A DNA stretch of 62,738 nucleotides, counting the filler, from Folioceros fuciformis (taxonomy: Eukaryota), in assembly GCA_049999805.1 (NCBI GenBank). It is 3 parts of one record of this genome, joined end to end, with 100 filler letters (N's around TTAATTAATTAA, not from the genome) between each part and the next. Parts side by side here need not be neighbours in the genome. Positions count along the whole stretch, not along the records: positions 43,989 to 62,738 come from JBNGIO010006268.1; 2 more parts are not named here. One strand, given 5' to 3'. The position numbers were made by a program, and so were the translations under genes. How positions within the stretch are numbered: position 1 is the stretch's first letter; the number at the start of each line of letters is the position of its first letter. Shown here in pieces: positions 51,201 to 62,738 of the stretch. The notes under the pieces are model-generated. The model worked only from the letters and a program-made list of their open reading frames with translations, did no database searches and was not told the DNA's origin.

Positions 51201-52988
51201 ATGCACGATTATGCTCGACAAGCGGAACTGGTGAAGGCTTTTGGAGGTTTTGGCCCTCCACCTCAATGGCAGGACCCTCAACCAGTCGAACCTGGAAATC
51301 CTTTCAATGGTTTCAGCAGACAACCCCAACATTGGGAGAGAGACTTTTATCCACCTACGCCTTGCTTCGCACCACCATCCCAATTCCGGCAGGCACCTCC
51401 TGCTCACCCTGGACATCCTACGCCGCCATACTCACCTACGCCTTGCTTCGGACCACCCTCCCAATTCCGTCAAGAACCTCCTGCCCTCCTTGGAGATCCT
51501 AGGCCACCACATCTACCTACACCTTGCTTTGAAACACCATCCCAATTCCGTCAGGACCCTCCCGTCCACCTTGGAGATCCCAGGCCCCCATATACAACTG
51601 CACCTTGCTTTGGACCACTCTCCCAATTCCATCAGGAACCTCCTGCCCACCTCGGAGATCCTAGGCAAGCACCTTTGTTCCCACCAGCTGGGGCAGTTTC
51701 TGGTTGGGCGATTCTACCTGCCTTCCCGTCATCCTCTCCGGGGCCTCCAGATCTGCCACATTGGGAATACGGTCGTTCAACATTTGATCCCTGGGCTGCC
51801 TGCGACAGGCCAGATCCTGGACCATTTCATTCCCAACCTCCGCAGGCTAAGGATCTTGGCTATGGTCAGGAAGCAGATGCTGCGACTCCTGGTTGGCTAG
51901 CGGTGGACCGTGACAGCTCACGTTATGCTAGTACAGAATGGCACAGCACACCGACGGATCCGATCAGCTCACTGTCTATGGAAAGCAATGCTGAACTTGT
52001 CCTTGCAGGTGCAACAAAGACCCTTGCAAACGAGCGAAAGTCTGACGGAGAAGAACATCAGGTCCGGCCGACAAGTCATGTTCGGACTTCAGCTAAGATC
52101 CAGAATGGAAAACGTGGAAATATGATGCAGGAGGTTGAAGACCGCGGAACCAGTAAACCCAGCAGCAAGGTGGACAAGGCAGGGGAGGACGTGGTCCGCA
52201 TAGGCCCTGGAGATATCCACCATGCAATCACTGCAACCCCGACACGCACTTCTGTTCCCAGTGATTCAGGTTCGAATTCCAACCCTAGAAGAGGAAGGAC
52301 AATGATCTTTTCTCCTTCAGTCAGGTCAAGCCCGCGCTTCGACATTAGTGCTGGCGCAACCTCCCCGCTTCAGGCCACATGCGTAGGAACCTCAAAGGAC
52401 AAGGGACACGGGTTGGTGGCAAGGCACAGCCATCTACAACGACAGGATGACCTTGCGGCAAAGGACTTGCAAATCCGCATAGAACAGACGATGGGAGAAC
52501 TGGGCGTAGACATCTCGTGGTCTTCGCCAATCAAGAACGAGGAGCAGGAAACTCCACGAAACAGAAGCAGGAGATCAACGAGCCATTTTTCTCCGAAGAG
52601 ACCTGGAAGCCCATCCCCGACGAGGACCCACAGGCGGAGCGAGACGCAAGACGATCCCAAGGCACATTTGACTGGGATCCACAGGCAGAGGGAAACGCAA
52701 GACGATAACAACAAATCCCCGACGAGGAGTTTCAGGTGGAGAGGAATGCAAGGCGATCCCAAGACATCCCCGACGAGGAGCTACAGGCGGAGGGAAATGC
52801 AAGGCGATTTCAAGACATCCCCAACGAGAAGCTACTGGCGGAAAAACACGGAAGTCGATCTCAAGAGGTTCAAACTGGATGTCCGGGACCCTCGCTACGC
52901 AGACATCGGCTGTGCGATTGCGTATCAAGTGGCGCCAAGTCTTACTCCTGCTTCTGGCCAAGGTCTCAGCGAATCGCGTCGGGACTAA
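48237..52988 (+). CDS. Large protein with N-terminal WIYLD (ubiquitin-binding) domain, several RRM-like units, Pro-rich and Arg/Ser-rich repeats
   Basis: Exons ~48237-48377, 48501-48599, 48728-49498, 49603-52988. AVEHLEGMGF..ILDALAELRKVYKESGWEFIKQDEYSVVVDNIL fits WIYLD. SIYIRG, VLVSNVP..VFVQL, LEVVNLP and VFVRGL resemble RNP2/RNP1 strands. Confidence 0.75.
51356..51668 (+). repeat. In-frame 81-bp (27-aa) tandem repeat x4
   Basis: TPCF(A/G/E)PPSQFRQ(A/E/D)PPAHLGDPRPPY-like units. Confidence 0.9.
52614..52850 (+). repeat. In-frame 51-bp (17-aa) tandem repeat, ~5 copies
   Basis: SPTRS(Y/F)RRRxMQGDPKT-like units. Confidence 0.85.
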
Positions 52989-53770
52989 CCACCGTCCAGC
53001 TAGCCCCTGACAGGAGAAATACGCTGAAGGAAAGGGGCGCGAAACCGACAAGATTTTGTTTACGGTTAGGTTTAGGGTTAGAAGTTCATAACCACATGTC
53101 CAATACTAACCAATTACCATGACACATGACAAGGAAGACACGCACGCGCTGCGCTTCCCAGAAACGTCAAGAGTAAGGCGTGCCAAAACTCGAGCAGGAG
53201 TAGGACAGGCTAGATAATCTCAATGTCGGGGATCCAGTACAACCCACATTGGCACCAGATCGTCTGTACAAAGCATAGTCTGCGCTTTCTAATGCAACGC
53301 TTCTCACGGATCATTTCAACCTCCAAACGTTGATGGCAAACTACTTGGGCGGAGGTTTGTGCGCCATGGAAAGTACCCAGAATTGTGTCAACCAGCCAGA
53401 ACCATCACCAGGGCAGAGATTCCTTCAGAGTACGGTTGGATGACGCCCCGAAAAGAATATTTCGGTCGTGTCCTAAAAACCTCCTGAGCTTGTAACCGAT
53501 GTGTGTGACAGCTTGCTTGAGAGCTCTTCACACGAAAAACTATGCTGCTGATTTCGCTATGCCCATGACGAATTCCAGCCCCGCGTGACTTGTAACCATT
53601 TCCCTGATGCTTGCAAGGGTGGCTGCCTTGCAGAAGGCTTGTCACCCGTCACACCAGAATCATATTAGAAACAGTTTAGAACCCCACCAGCGCGGTGCGA
53701 GGCACCAACCTAGCTGGGACCCGTCAGAGCAAACCTCCTCGTGCCACATAACATCGAGGTAACTCGTGGT

Positions 53771-56700
53771 TTATTTGATGACTCCTGATCTATAAAACGC
53801 TTGAGCTGGATGAGGCTGACCACTGGTGAAGTCTGATACAGATTTGAGGCTGACAGTCCTCTTCGGAGCGTCCTCATCTTCGTCATTTGAACTAGCCATA
53901 TTCCTAGAGCCCGCAGCAACTTTCGGAGCAGTACCAGGCCTTGGAGCAATACCAGCCGTTGAAGCATTACCAGGCTTTGATACAGCTCCAGACTTCATAC
54001 CACTGGCAACTTTCGTAGCAGAACCAGGCTTGGCAGCAATACTCGTGGCATTCGCAGCAGGAGATTTAGAAACACCTGCTGGCCTTGGGGCCCCTGAAGA
54101 CTTTGAAGCAGACTTCGGAGCAGCTGCGTTCTTTGCAGCCGATGCTGGCTTCAATGCACCTGTAGACTTGGGGGCCGCTATAGGCTTCGCAGCCGCTGTA
54201 GGCCTCAGAGTACCTGCAGGCTTCAGAGCAGCTGTAGGCTTTGGAGTAGCCCCAGACTTCACACCAGCTCCAAGCTTCAGACCAGCTGCAGGCCTCGGAG
54301 TAGCCAAAGGTTTTGGACCAGGCCCAGGCTTTGGAGAGCTTGCAGATTTCAGTGAGCCTGCTGGCCCTGGAGTAGCTGCAGGCTTCAGAGCACCTGGAAG
54401 CCTCTGGGCACCTGAAGACTTCAGACCAGTTGGAGTCTTTGAAGCACTCGGAGTCTTTGGAGCACTCGGAGTCTTTGGAGCATTTGGAGTCTTTGAAGCA
54501 CTAGGAGTCTTTGGAGCACCTGAAGACTTTGCACTTACAGGCTTAAGGCCACCTGCAGGCTTTGGAGTCGTTCCAAATTTCACAGAGTTCACAGGCTTGG
54601 TGGCACTACCGCCTGACTTTGAGACAGCGCCCGGTCTCAAACTCTTTGTTTTGGCCGGAAGAGGAGATCTAGTACTGTTGACAGTCTTGAGAGCAACTTC
54701 AGACATGCTTTTCTGATGCACTCTTCTCACCTGGTCATCCTGAAAGTCAGAATCATCATCACCGGATGCGGCCCCCTTCAAGGAGCCAGAGAAATCCTTT
54801 GACTCCGCCTTAGCTGATGGTGTGGATGAACTGCTCAGTTTCTGAGATTTCCGCGCCCCATCAGACTCCGATTCTTCTTCGGCATCACCATCCCCCTTAC
54901 TCAGCGCAATCGGACTGACCTTAACGTCTGTCTTGGGCCTCGGGGTCGTGACAGAGTTAACCTTTTTCTGACTCTTCCGGTCCATCTCAGCCTGAAACTC
55001 TGCTGCTTTTTCAGGAATTTTTCGCTTCCGCTTTGTGCGCCCATTTGGTCCTATCTCTTCCTCTGCAGGCAACCACACAACAGAGCTGTGTTATCTCTCA
55101 GCATGAAACACAGTTATGCATTACGTGCCACCAGACTTTGGAGCAGCATCGGCTCCATTGACCCTAAAGTCTCACCCATGGGGGAGTCGCCCAAGTGAGA
55201 GGAACTTGGGTCTGGTTCGTCTACTTCCATGTCAGCTTCTGTACCCATATCCCCATCCACTTCTCGGTTTGGCTTCTGGTCAGCAACAGAAAGAGGTGAG
55301 CCCCCCGAGTCGGACGTGCTCCTGCCATTAACCTTTGGAGATGCGGGCTGTTGGACATCCACCTCCACCTCCACAGGCACATCCCCTTCAGGTATGGTTG
55401 GCAGGTAGTACAAGCCGTCATCAGAGTCATCCGAATCACTGTAGGCTGGGACTCTATCAACAGTCATGATGTCCACATCCTCATCCACCTCCCCCCATGA
55501 GTTAGGCTTGTCGGGCTCTGGCGGCATCAGGTCAAACTCATCTTCCCTCTCACGATACTCTTCGTTTTCCTGCAACTCCTTGAAGTCAGGAGCAAAGGCA
55601 CTCCAGCTCTCCGTGTAGTCTCTGGCCCACAGATAGACGAGGCCGGCCATCGTGACAGAAGCAAGAAGCGGACGTATGGGGTGCCAAGCAAGATCTACGA
55701 GGCCCTCCTTAGGCCCATCCAACACTCTCATAATCTGCCCGAACTCCCTGTTCCAGATAGTCATTCTATGCTCTCCTTTGTTGGCCGATGCCGCAACAAC
55801 GGACTCACTGTCCCCACTGAAACAAGGTGCCTTCCATTGCGCAGGATTGATGGCGTCCTTAAAACTCCTCTTGAAGGTGAGGCACCTGGTTCCCCTGTCC
55901 TTCAACGTCTCCAGGTCAACCTCTGCCCCTCCCCCCCACTCTTCCAGCACAGAGGCTGCCGCATGCACGGGCAAAAGACTTGCAAATATCCGAATAGTCT
56001 TGTCCCCGGAGTTTGTGAGCAAATACTGTCCATCCCTGCTGAAAACAACCTGCTTAATCACCTGCCCTACCGGTGTCTCCACGACAGCACGGATCTCCCG
56101 TTCCCTGGTGTCCACGATGAGTATCTCCCCTCTGGAATTCCCCACGTAGATGAGGTCCCCCCTTTTATTGAAGCTGGCAGCAGAGGACGCATAGCTGCCT
56201 AGATCTCCCTGCTTCCCACGCGCGATCTGCTTCACATCCGCTCCGGACGGAGCAGCCTGGAGCGGCAGTACATGGGAGTCCCCGGTTTCGAAGTCCACAA
56301 GCAGCGGAGCGCTGGAAACCGGACAAACCAAACACACAGAAGGATCCTTGGCGCCAGGATGCAGCCGCGCATACAGGGCCGTCTGATTCAACTTCTTGTA
56401 AGCGAGCTTTTCTCCAGCTTGCACATCCCACAGAGTGAGGGACCGTTCAGTATCAGCTGACAAGAGCCGGCGTCCACACTTGGACCAGCTCAAACTTGTG
56501 ATAGGAGCTCGGCAATCCAGGTTACACAGTTCCTTGTTAACACTCCTGGTGGCCAAGTCCCAAAGCACAATGCTTCCATCTATGCAGCCTCCCGCGAGAA
56601 TCGTGCCCCGCCGATTGAACGCTATGCATTTGGTCACCTTATGCTCCAGGTACTCCTCTATCCTCTCCGGGTAATCGGTGTCAAACGGGTCTGAACACAC

Positions 56701-56799
56701 ACAAGACAAGACACGCAAACCATCAGCTCAGCATCCGGCGCAGCGCCAAAACCTAGTCCAACATCCAGCTCTCAACGCACCTAGCAGCCCCAGATTCAT
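53771..56799 (-). CDS. RBBP5: COMPASS WD40 subunit RBBP5/SWD1 (RBL) with long Lys/Ala/Pro/Ser-rich C-terminal tail
   Basis: Exons 56799-56781 (MNLGLL), 56690-55176 and 55062-53771. DPFDTDYPERIEEYL, WD40 repeats, WSAFAPDFKELQENEEYREREDEFD hinge, KRKRKIPEK. Confidence 0.93.
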
Positions 56800-57655
56800 C
56801 GCGACCTTCCGCGCAAAACCTTCGAGTCGAGGATGTCACTCCCGTGCGCTACTTGTACCGTGATAGAGTCATCGCTCCCCGTCTCTCGTTCCAGTCGACA
56901 AAACTGCCTGCCTTTCACTACGCCGCACCAAAACCTCCTTTCACGAACTCAACCGTGTGTGAAAGGCCACAGCGCCCGCCCGGGGCCCCAGCCAAGCCAA
57001 ATCGCGATAAATAAAAACACGGACTCCACATCAAATTCAAAACCTCAGACCCACCCGTATGAATTCGGCTCAGTCCACAATGGCCAAAAATGGGCTTGCC
57101 CCGTGCAAGATCTCTCTTCTCATTACAGGCATGCAGTTGCAGTACAAAGCAATGGCATTCGCTTCTAGCCGTGCTCGGCTCGGACTTGACTTCAAATCAA
57201 ATCTTTTTTTTTTTTTTTCTCCTTCGAATGGCTCTTGCTCTTGACAGGAAATAACACAACGCACCTCACTTATAGCCTATATTTTTTGTGTACCTAGATA
57301 AAAAGAAGTAAACTTTTTTAAGATATATATATATATTCACATGTTATATTTATGTACGGAATACTCACTTCACTGATACCCACATCATCTGTGTAGTATA
57401 CAGTCTAGTTGAACAAATTGCATCCAAATCTTGTTGAGTTGAACAAATCTAAAGAGCTTGTGGGAGGTAGCTGTTGTGTAATGTTATTGTTAATATGCAG
57501 CCTAGCCACAACCCACTGATTTTGCACATATTCAATCCCCCACCTTCTACACTTGCAATGTTCTCTTGTAGTTATTGCACCCCTCTTGGGGTGTCATGTC
57601 TCGTGCATTGCAGCAAAGTTCGGTCCTACAGCATGGAATGTGAGCTGAGAATGTA

Positions 57656-57819
57656 AGCAACTACATGAGCTTCTTGCAGAATTAGGAGGAAAGTTAGCAA
57701 CTACATGAGCTTCTTGCAAAATTAGGAGGAAAGTTAGCAACTACACGAGCTTCCTACAGAATTAGGAAGAAAGTTAGCAACTACATGAGCTTCTTGAAGA
57801 CTTAAGAGGAAAGTTAGCA
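57656..57819. repeat. 40-bp tandem repeat x4 (AGCAACTACATGAGCTTCTTGCAGAATTAGGAGGAAAGTT)
   Basis: Units start at 57656, 57696, 57736 and 57776 with few mismatches. Confidence 0.93.
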
Positions 57820-58435
57820 TGGTTGTGTGTGCAATATGGTGTAAGGTTGCAGCCATTGCAATACTCATGCCCTGTCCAGCCTAATCACAAAGAATGAAAC
57901 CCAGAAGCTTATGGTGGGCAGACTGGTGGGCAGACTGAACGACCATTTTGGTAGATTGACTATACCTAGAGGAACCCATGGAACCCCAAGGAGCATCAAA
58001 CCAAGCGCATATGTTATGTAAGCCAATGTAGCCTCTATTAATGGCGCAAGCAACCTGCTTACCTGTTCCTTAGAATGTGGCCCCAAATCTAAGATTGAAA
58101 AGAAGACATCCTTGTTGCAAGGTACGCGCGTGCCCTTCTTCGACCATTACCCTAAATTCTCAGGGGAGGGTGAGCAATTGCAGACCAAGACCTGAAGGCC
58201 TCTCTTCTGTTTGCAGTGTTACTCCTGAAGAAAGCCCGTTCCTCTTCTGCTTGCAGTGTTACTGAAGAAAGCAGGAAGATGTTGGGGGGACGCGGTGACA
58301 GAAGCGTACGAAACGGGTTTGAAACTTCCCGCCAATTTCTTCCCCAGCGGCTTCGAGTCTCACCGGCGGGTCTGCCGGATGCGCTGCGGGACTGCGAATG
58401 CGGGATCAGTTGCAGGTGCGGTGAGGAGAGCGCGG

Positions 58436-61400
58436 ATGGGGCGGGAGCAGGAAGCGCATCTGGACGAGGACGGGGTGAAGCCAGACGTGGGGACCAAGGG
58501 CAGGCTCTTCATAACGGAGATGGTGATGGAGAACTTCAAGTCGTATGCCGGGGTGCAGCATGTAGGCCCCTTCCACAAGGTCTGTGTGTGTGTGTGTGTG
58601 CTCAAACTGCTCTCCTTCCTCCCCGAGGCATTGCGTGTTTGATGTGGTTCTGAGGGCCTTTCCCGTCGCAATCCGTGGCCAGTGCTTCTCTGCGGTTGTA
58701 GGGCCGAACGGGAGTGGCAAGAGCAACGTCATCGATGCCATGCTTTTCGTGTTTGGGAAGCGCGCTAAGCAGGTAGCTGTGTTTGCTTCGGTCGGTTGAG
58801 GATCAAGTGATTTTGTGGTGGCACTGAGAGTGCGGGCGTGCGTTCGCAGATGCGGCTGAACAAGGTTTCAGAGCTCATTCACAACTCCACGAATCACCAG
58901 AATTTGGAGAAAGCCCGTGTTTCAGTGCATTTTCAGGAGATTGTGGATTTGGTAAAGCCTGCTGCAGGTTCAGTTGTTGGAGTCTGGCTTGCTGGTTTGG
59001 AATTGCCATCAGGGACTCTTGAGTGCGGTGGATCAACCAGTGTGCGGACCGTGGTTGGCAGGACGACGAATCCTATGCACCTGTCCCCGGGACAGATTTC
59101 GTCATCACCCGGGTTGCTTTTCGGAACAACTCCTCGCAGTATTTCATAAACGACCGTTCGAGTACGTTTACAGAGGTTACTAAGAAGTTGAAGGCGAAAG
59201 GTGTAGATTTGGACAACAATCGATTCCTTATTCTTCAGGTGACAATCTCGGTTTCGGTGGTTGAGCAGGATAGCTGGAATCGTTCGTACCGCATTGGAGT
59301 AGCTGTTTCGGTTTTGCATGTCCAGCTCTCCAGTTTTGGATTCTCCGTTGATTGTTGTACAGGGCGAAGTCGAACAAATCTCGTTGATGAAGCCTAAAGC
59401 TCAAACCCCTCATGATGAAGGCTTTCTCGAATACCTGGAAGACATCATTGGCTCGAATCAATATGTGCAAAAGATTGAAGAGGCCAGCAAAATGTAAGCG
59501 TTCCTTCGTTCCCTTTAGTGATATGCCCTGTGGTCTGCTCATTCACTTTCTGTTCTTGCAGGCTAGAGGAACTGAACGATAAACGAGGGAGCATGGTGAA
59601 TCGAGTAAAGATAGCTGAAAAGGAGAAGGACGGTTTGCAGGTGGGGCCGTGATCGAGAGCGAGAACGACACCGAACCTGAATTGTTCATACACGAGGTGA
59701 TGACTGATTGTGGGAGGGCCTTGGTCAGGATGCCAAAGATGAAGCCCAGACGTACTTGCTCAAGGAGGCCGAGCTGATGAGGTGGCGAGGCAAAGCTGTC
59801 GAGCTTGCCCTGGAGGATGCAACCTCCAAGGTAGGGCATTTCAATGACGTTGTTGCGCTCATGGACGAGCAGCTGAAACAAGGAAGGTGCGTGTTGCTTC
59901 AACCGTGGCCAGCACCTGCACAGCTTTTCCTAGGCTCTTACCCGCTATCTCCCATCAGAGAGAAGCTGGAAAAGCACTCCAAGGATATGGCAGAGCTGGA
60001 GACGAAATATAAACAAGAGAACAAGTGTCAAGAGGTTAGGTTTTAGGCTTCGTCGCATTTTGCCTTTTGCTGTGCTGGATTGTTGATTTTACCTTACACG
60101 CGGCAGGAACTCGAAACGGAAGTCAAACGTTGCTCTGAGCAGTTCAAGGACTTTGAGAGACAAGATTTGAAGTATAGAGAAGACCTCAAGCATTTGAAGC
60201 AAAAGACCAAAAAGCTCGATGAGAAAATCTTGAAGGTCACCACTGTCCCTGAACCCACCCCTAATGTGTGGGTCACTGGTTTCGATCTCAGACATTTGGC
60301 CATGCGCAGGATACTGCCAAGATCGACGAAATGGAAAAGGATATTGAGCAAGCAACTGTAGCAATCCCTACTCTGGAGGCAGAGATAACGAAACTCTCTG
60401 AACAATTGGTTGGAGACGAGAAGAAGCTCGAAAGCTTAGTAGAGAACTCGAAAGGTATGCTTCTCGTGCCTCCAACTGCATGTGCTCCACCTGGGCCTCA
60501 TTTTCCACGTACCTGACCAACTCTTCATTGACTCCGTAGACGAAGTGGAGCAGTACCGGAAAGAGCTTGCAGGTGTGAGAACAGAATTAGAGCCTTGGGA
60601 GAAACAGCTGGCTGAATGTCAAAGCATTATTGACTTGACCACTACTAAGAGGAAGCTTTTGCAGGACAAGGTGAGTTCATGACGAGGATCCTTTGATTCT
60701 TTCCTTCGCATAATTGGGCGGTTGTTTTCGCCATGTTTCTTCAAAATGGAGGCCTTGTCCAGCATGATGCAGGAAGGGTTGCGTATGTCGATGCCCAGAG
60801 GACTATAGAAGACTTAGCTAATAAGATTGTGGACAAAGAGTCGATCCACGAGAAACTAAAAGTCGCACTCACAGAGAATCAGTCTCTCGCTAAAGATGGC
60901 CATTCCGAGGAGCAGGTACTGACTGTCATGAGAGTGTGCTAGCATTTCGCAAGTTGTGGTGTCAAGCGGTGAGCCTGATTGATATGGTCGGAGCAGGCAT
61001 GTCAAAAGGAGGAAGAATCGGTGGCACTTGCTGAGCAAGCGGCTCGTCAACGACTCAATGAGCTGCGAGGAACCATGGAATCTGAGCGCAGTCAAGGTTC
61101 TGTCCTCAAAGCAATTCTCCAAGCGAAAGAGTCTGGAGCTATATCTGGAATCTATGGTCGACTCGGAGATCTTGGAGCAATTGATGGTTAGTCTTTTTTC
61201 CTGGTAGACAAATCCAATGCAGGCAGTGTTTGTGCTTTGAAATGTGAACAGATGCTGGGAGTATTAATGTCTGAAGATTCCACCTGCAGCAAAGTATGAT
61301 GTCGCCATCTCCACGGCATGTGGGGCCCTGGACTACGTTGTGGTCGAAACGACCACAGCAGCACAAACGTGTGTGGAACTGCTGCGCTCAAATGGTCTAG

Positions 61401-62738
61401 GAGTTGCGACTTTTTTCATCATGGCAAGTTCTCGTGTGCACTAGGCCATGCTCTGCACTCGGCTTCGCCTGTTGTTTTACAGAAAGAGGCTTTCGTCCTT
61501 GCAGGAAAAACAACAGGAGCATATTCGAAGAATGAATCAATCTGTTCGGACGCCAGAAGGGGTCCCTCGACTATTTGACTTGGTGACTGTCCGTGATGCA
61601 GCAATAAAGCTCGCTTTCTTTGTCAACCTTGGCAACACTGTTGTTGCGAAAGATCTTGACCAGGTACCTATTGAGCAGATGTGCCTTCATTAGTTAAATG
61701 GTCACTTCTGAGCTTGTCTTGAAGCTTCGATTCATGCCTTCGGTAATGTATTGAATCAGGCCACAAGAATTGCATATGGCCCAGATAAGGAGTTCAGCAG
61801 GGTTGTGACTGTGGATGGTGTCATGTTCGAAAAATCTGGAACAATGAGTGGTGGCGGGGGCAAGCCCAGAGGTGGGAAAATGGGTACATCCATTCGGGCC
61901 GCAAGTGTCTCTCCTGAAGCCATTCGGAACGCGGAGGGCGAAGTAGCCTCTGTAGGAGACCAGCTCAGAGCCTTACGTTCACGAAGAAATGCTGCTGTGC
62001 AGCAATATCAGACTGCAGAGAAGGCCATTTCGCAACTGGAACTCAATATACAGAAGAGTCGTATGGAGGCAAGTGCTGGAAGTTTTTCCAGAGGTTCTCG
62101 CGGATGGGGCATGGCATTGAAAATGTGATGAAAGTATTTCTGATGAGTAGGAAAATGTTATTGGAGCAGGAAAGTACGTGGGCAGCATATTTCAGTTTTT
62201 AGCAGACCTGTATCTGGCTCTGGCTCCAATCTTTCTAACTCTGCTGAAGGCTGGCAGATTGAAGGCTTGTCTGTCCAGAAAGAGGATCTGATACGGCGGC
62301 TGCAAGGGCTGAAAGTTGAAGCCAATCCAAAAAAGGACGAGCTGGATAAGGTGAAAGAGCTGGAGAAGTCCCTGGCCGAATCTGAAGCAAACCAGGCTGA
62401 CTTAAAAAACCACTCGAAACATCTGAGAGAAAAGGTCCCGACCATTGATCGAACTCTCTGCCGATGGAATAACTGAAATCTCTTTGACCATCTCTAATGT
62501 TTCCTTTTGGGGCATCAGGTTCGTGACCTGCAACAGAAGATGGAAGACGCTGGTGGAGACGTTTTAAAGAAGCAGAGAGCTCTAGTTGAAAGGTTTCAAA
62601 AGGTGCAATTCACAGTTGCTGTCCATTCTCCTGTCCATTGTGTCGTTTTAGGTTTTCAGTAGATACTGATAGAAGTCATGGGAGAGCTATCATGACAGGA
62701 CATTGACTCGAAGGGTTCAGAGATCAACCGGAAGAAGG
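58436..62738 (+). CDS. SMC4: Condensin subunit SMC4 (CAP-C), 5' part; continues beyond the window
   Basis: RLFITEMVMENFKSYAG, GPFHK, VVGPNGSGKSNVIDAMLFVFG (Walker A), GVDLDNNRFLILQGEVEQI, coiled coil, hinge GIYGRLGDLGAID..KSGTMSGGG. Confidence 0.97.

Noticed and set aside
53064-53081. GGTTAGGTTTAGGGTTAG telomere-like motif
   Set aside because: Only about three degenerate units; at most a telo-box-like site.
53826-54716. 296-aa Gly/Ala/Phe-rich plus-strand ORF
   Set aside because: Antisense frame of the RBBP5 repeat tail, kept open by repeat composition.

Overview
Eukaryotic nuclear DNA from a compact, intron-rich plant genome. Short (~80-150 bp) spliceosomal introns, ~50% GC genes and the gene content suggest a non-seed plant such as a hornwort or other bryophyte; this is inference. 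The window is not continuous. It has two 100-bp artificial linkers (N44-TTAATTAATTAA-N44 at 19126-19225 and 43889-43988) and two 100-N gaps. Recognisable genes in order: carbonyl-reductase-type SDR, UapA-type NCS2 purine permease, F-box/LRR protein, organellar GatB, METTL7-like methyltransferase, bacterial-type amidohydrolase, STIG1-like peptide, single-DUF26/Gnk2 protein, Zn/Cd P1B-2 ATPase, kinesin-14, an asparagine-synthase-domain-only protein, a WIYLD plus RRM-like protein, RBBP5 and SMC4 (runs off the end). Manual splicing shows two genes that the ORF track breaks into fragments. (1) At 43081-43888 (-), an intron-containing homologue of bacterial/phage YkuD-like L,D-transpeptidase proteins with its His/Cys motif intact. 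(2) At 32960-34427 (-), a spliced uracil-DNA-glycosylase-fold protein with all catalytic motifs altered. The P1B ATPase appears to carry a long His-rich N-terminal extension, and RBBP5 a ~430-aa histone-H1-like tail. All family assignments come from motif recognition by eye; no searches were run.
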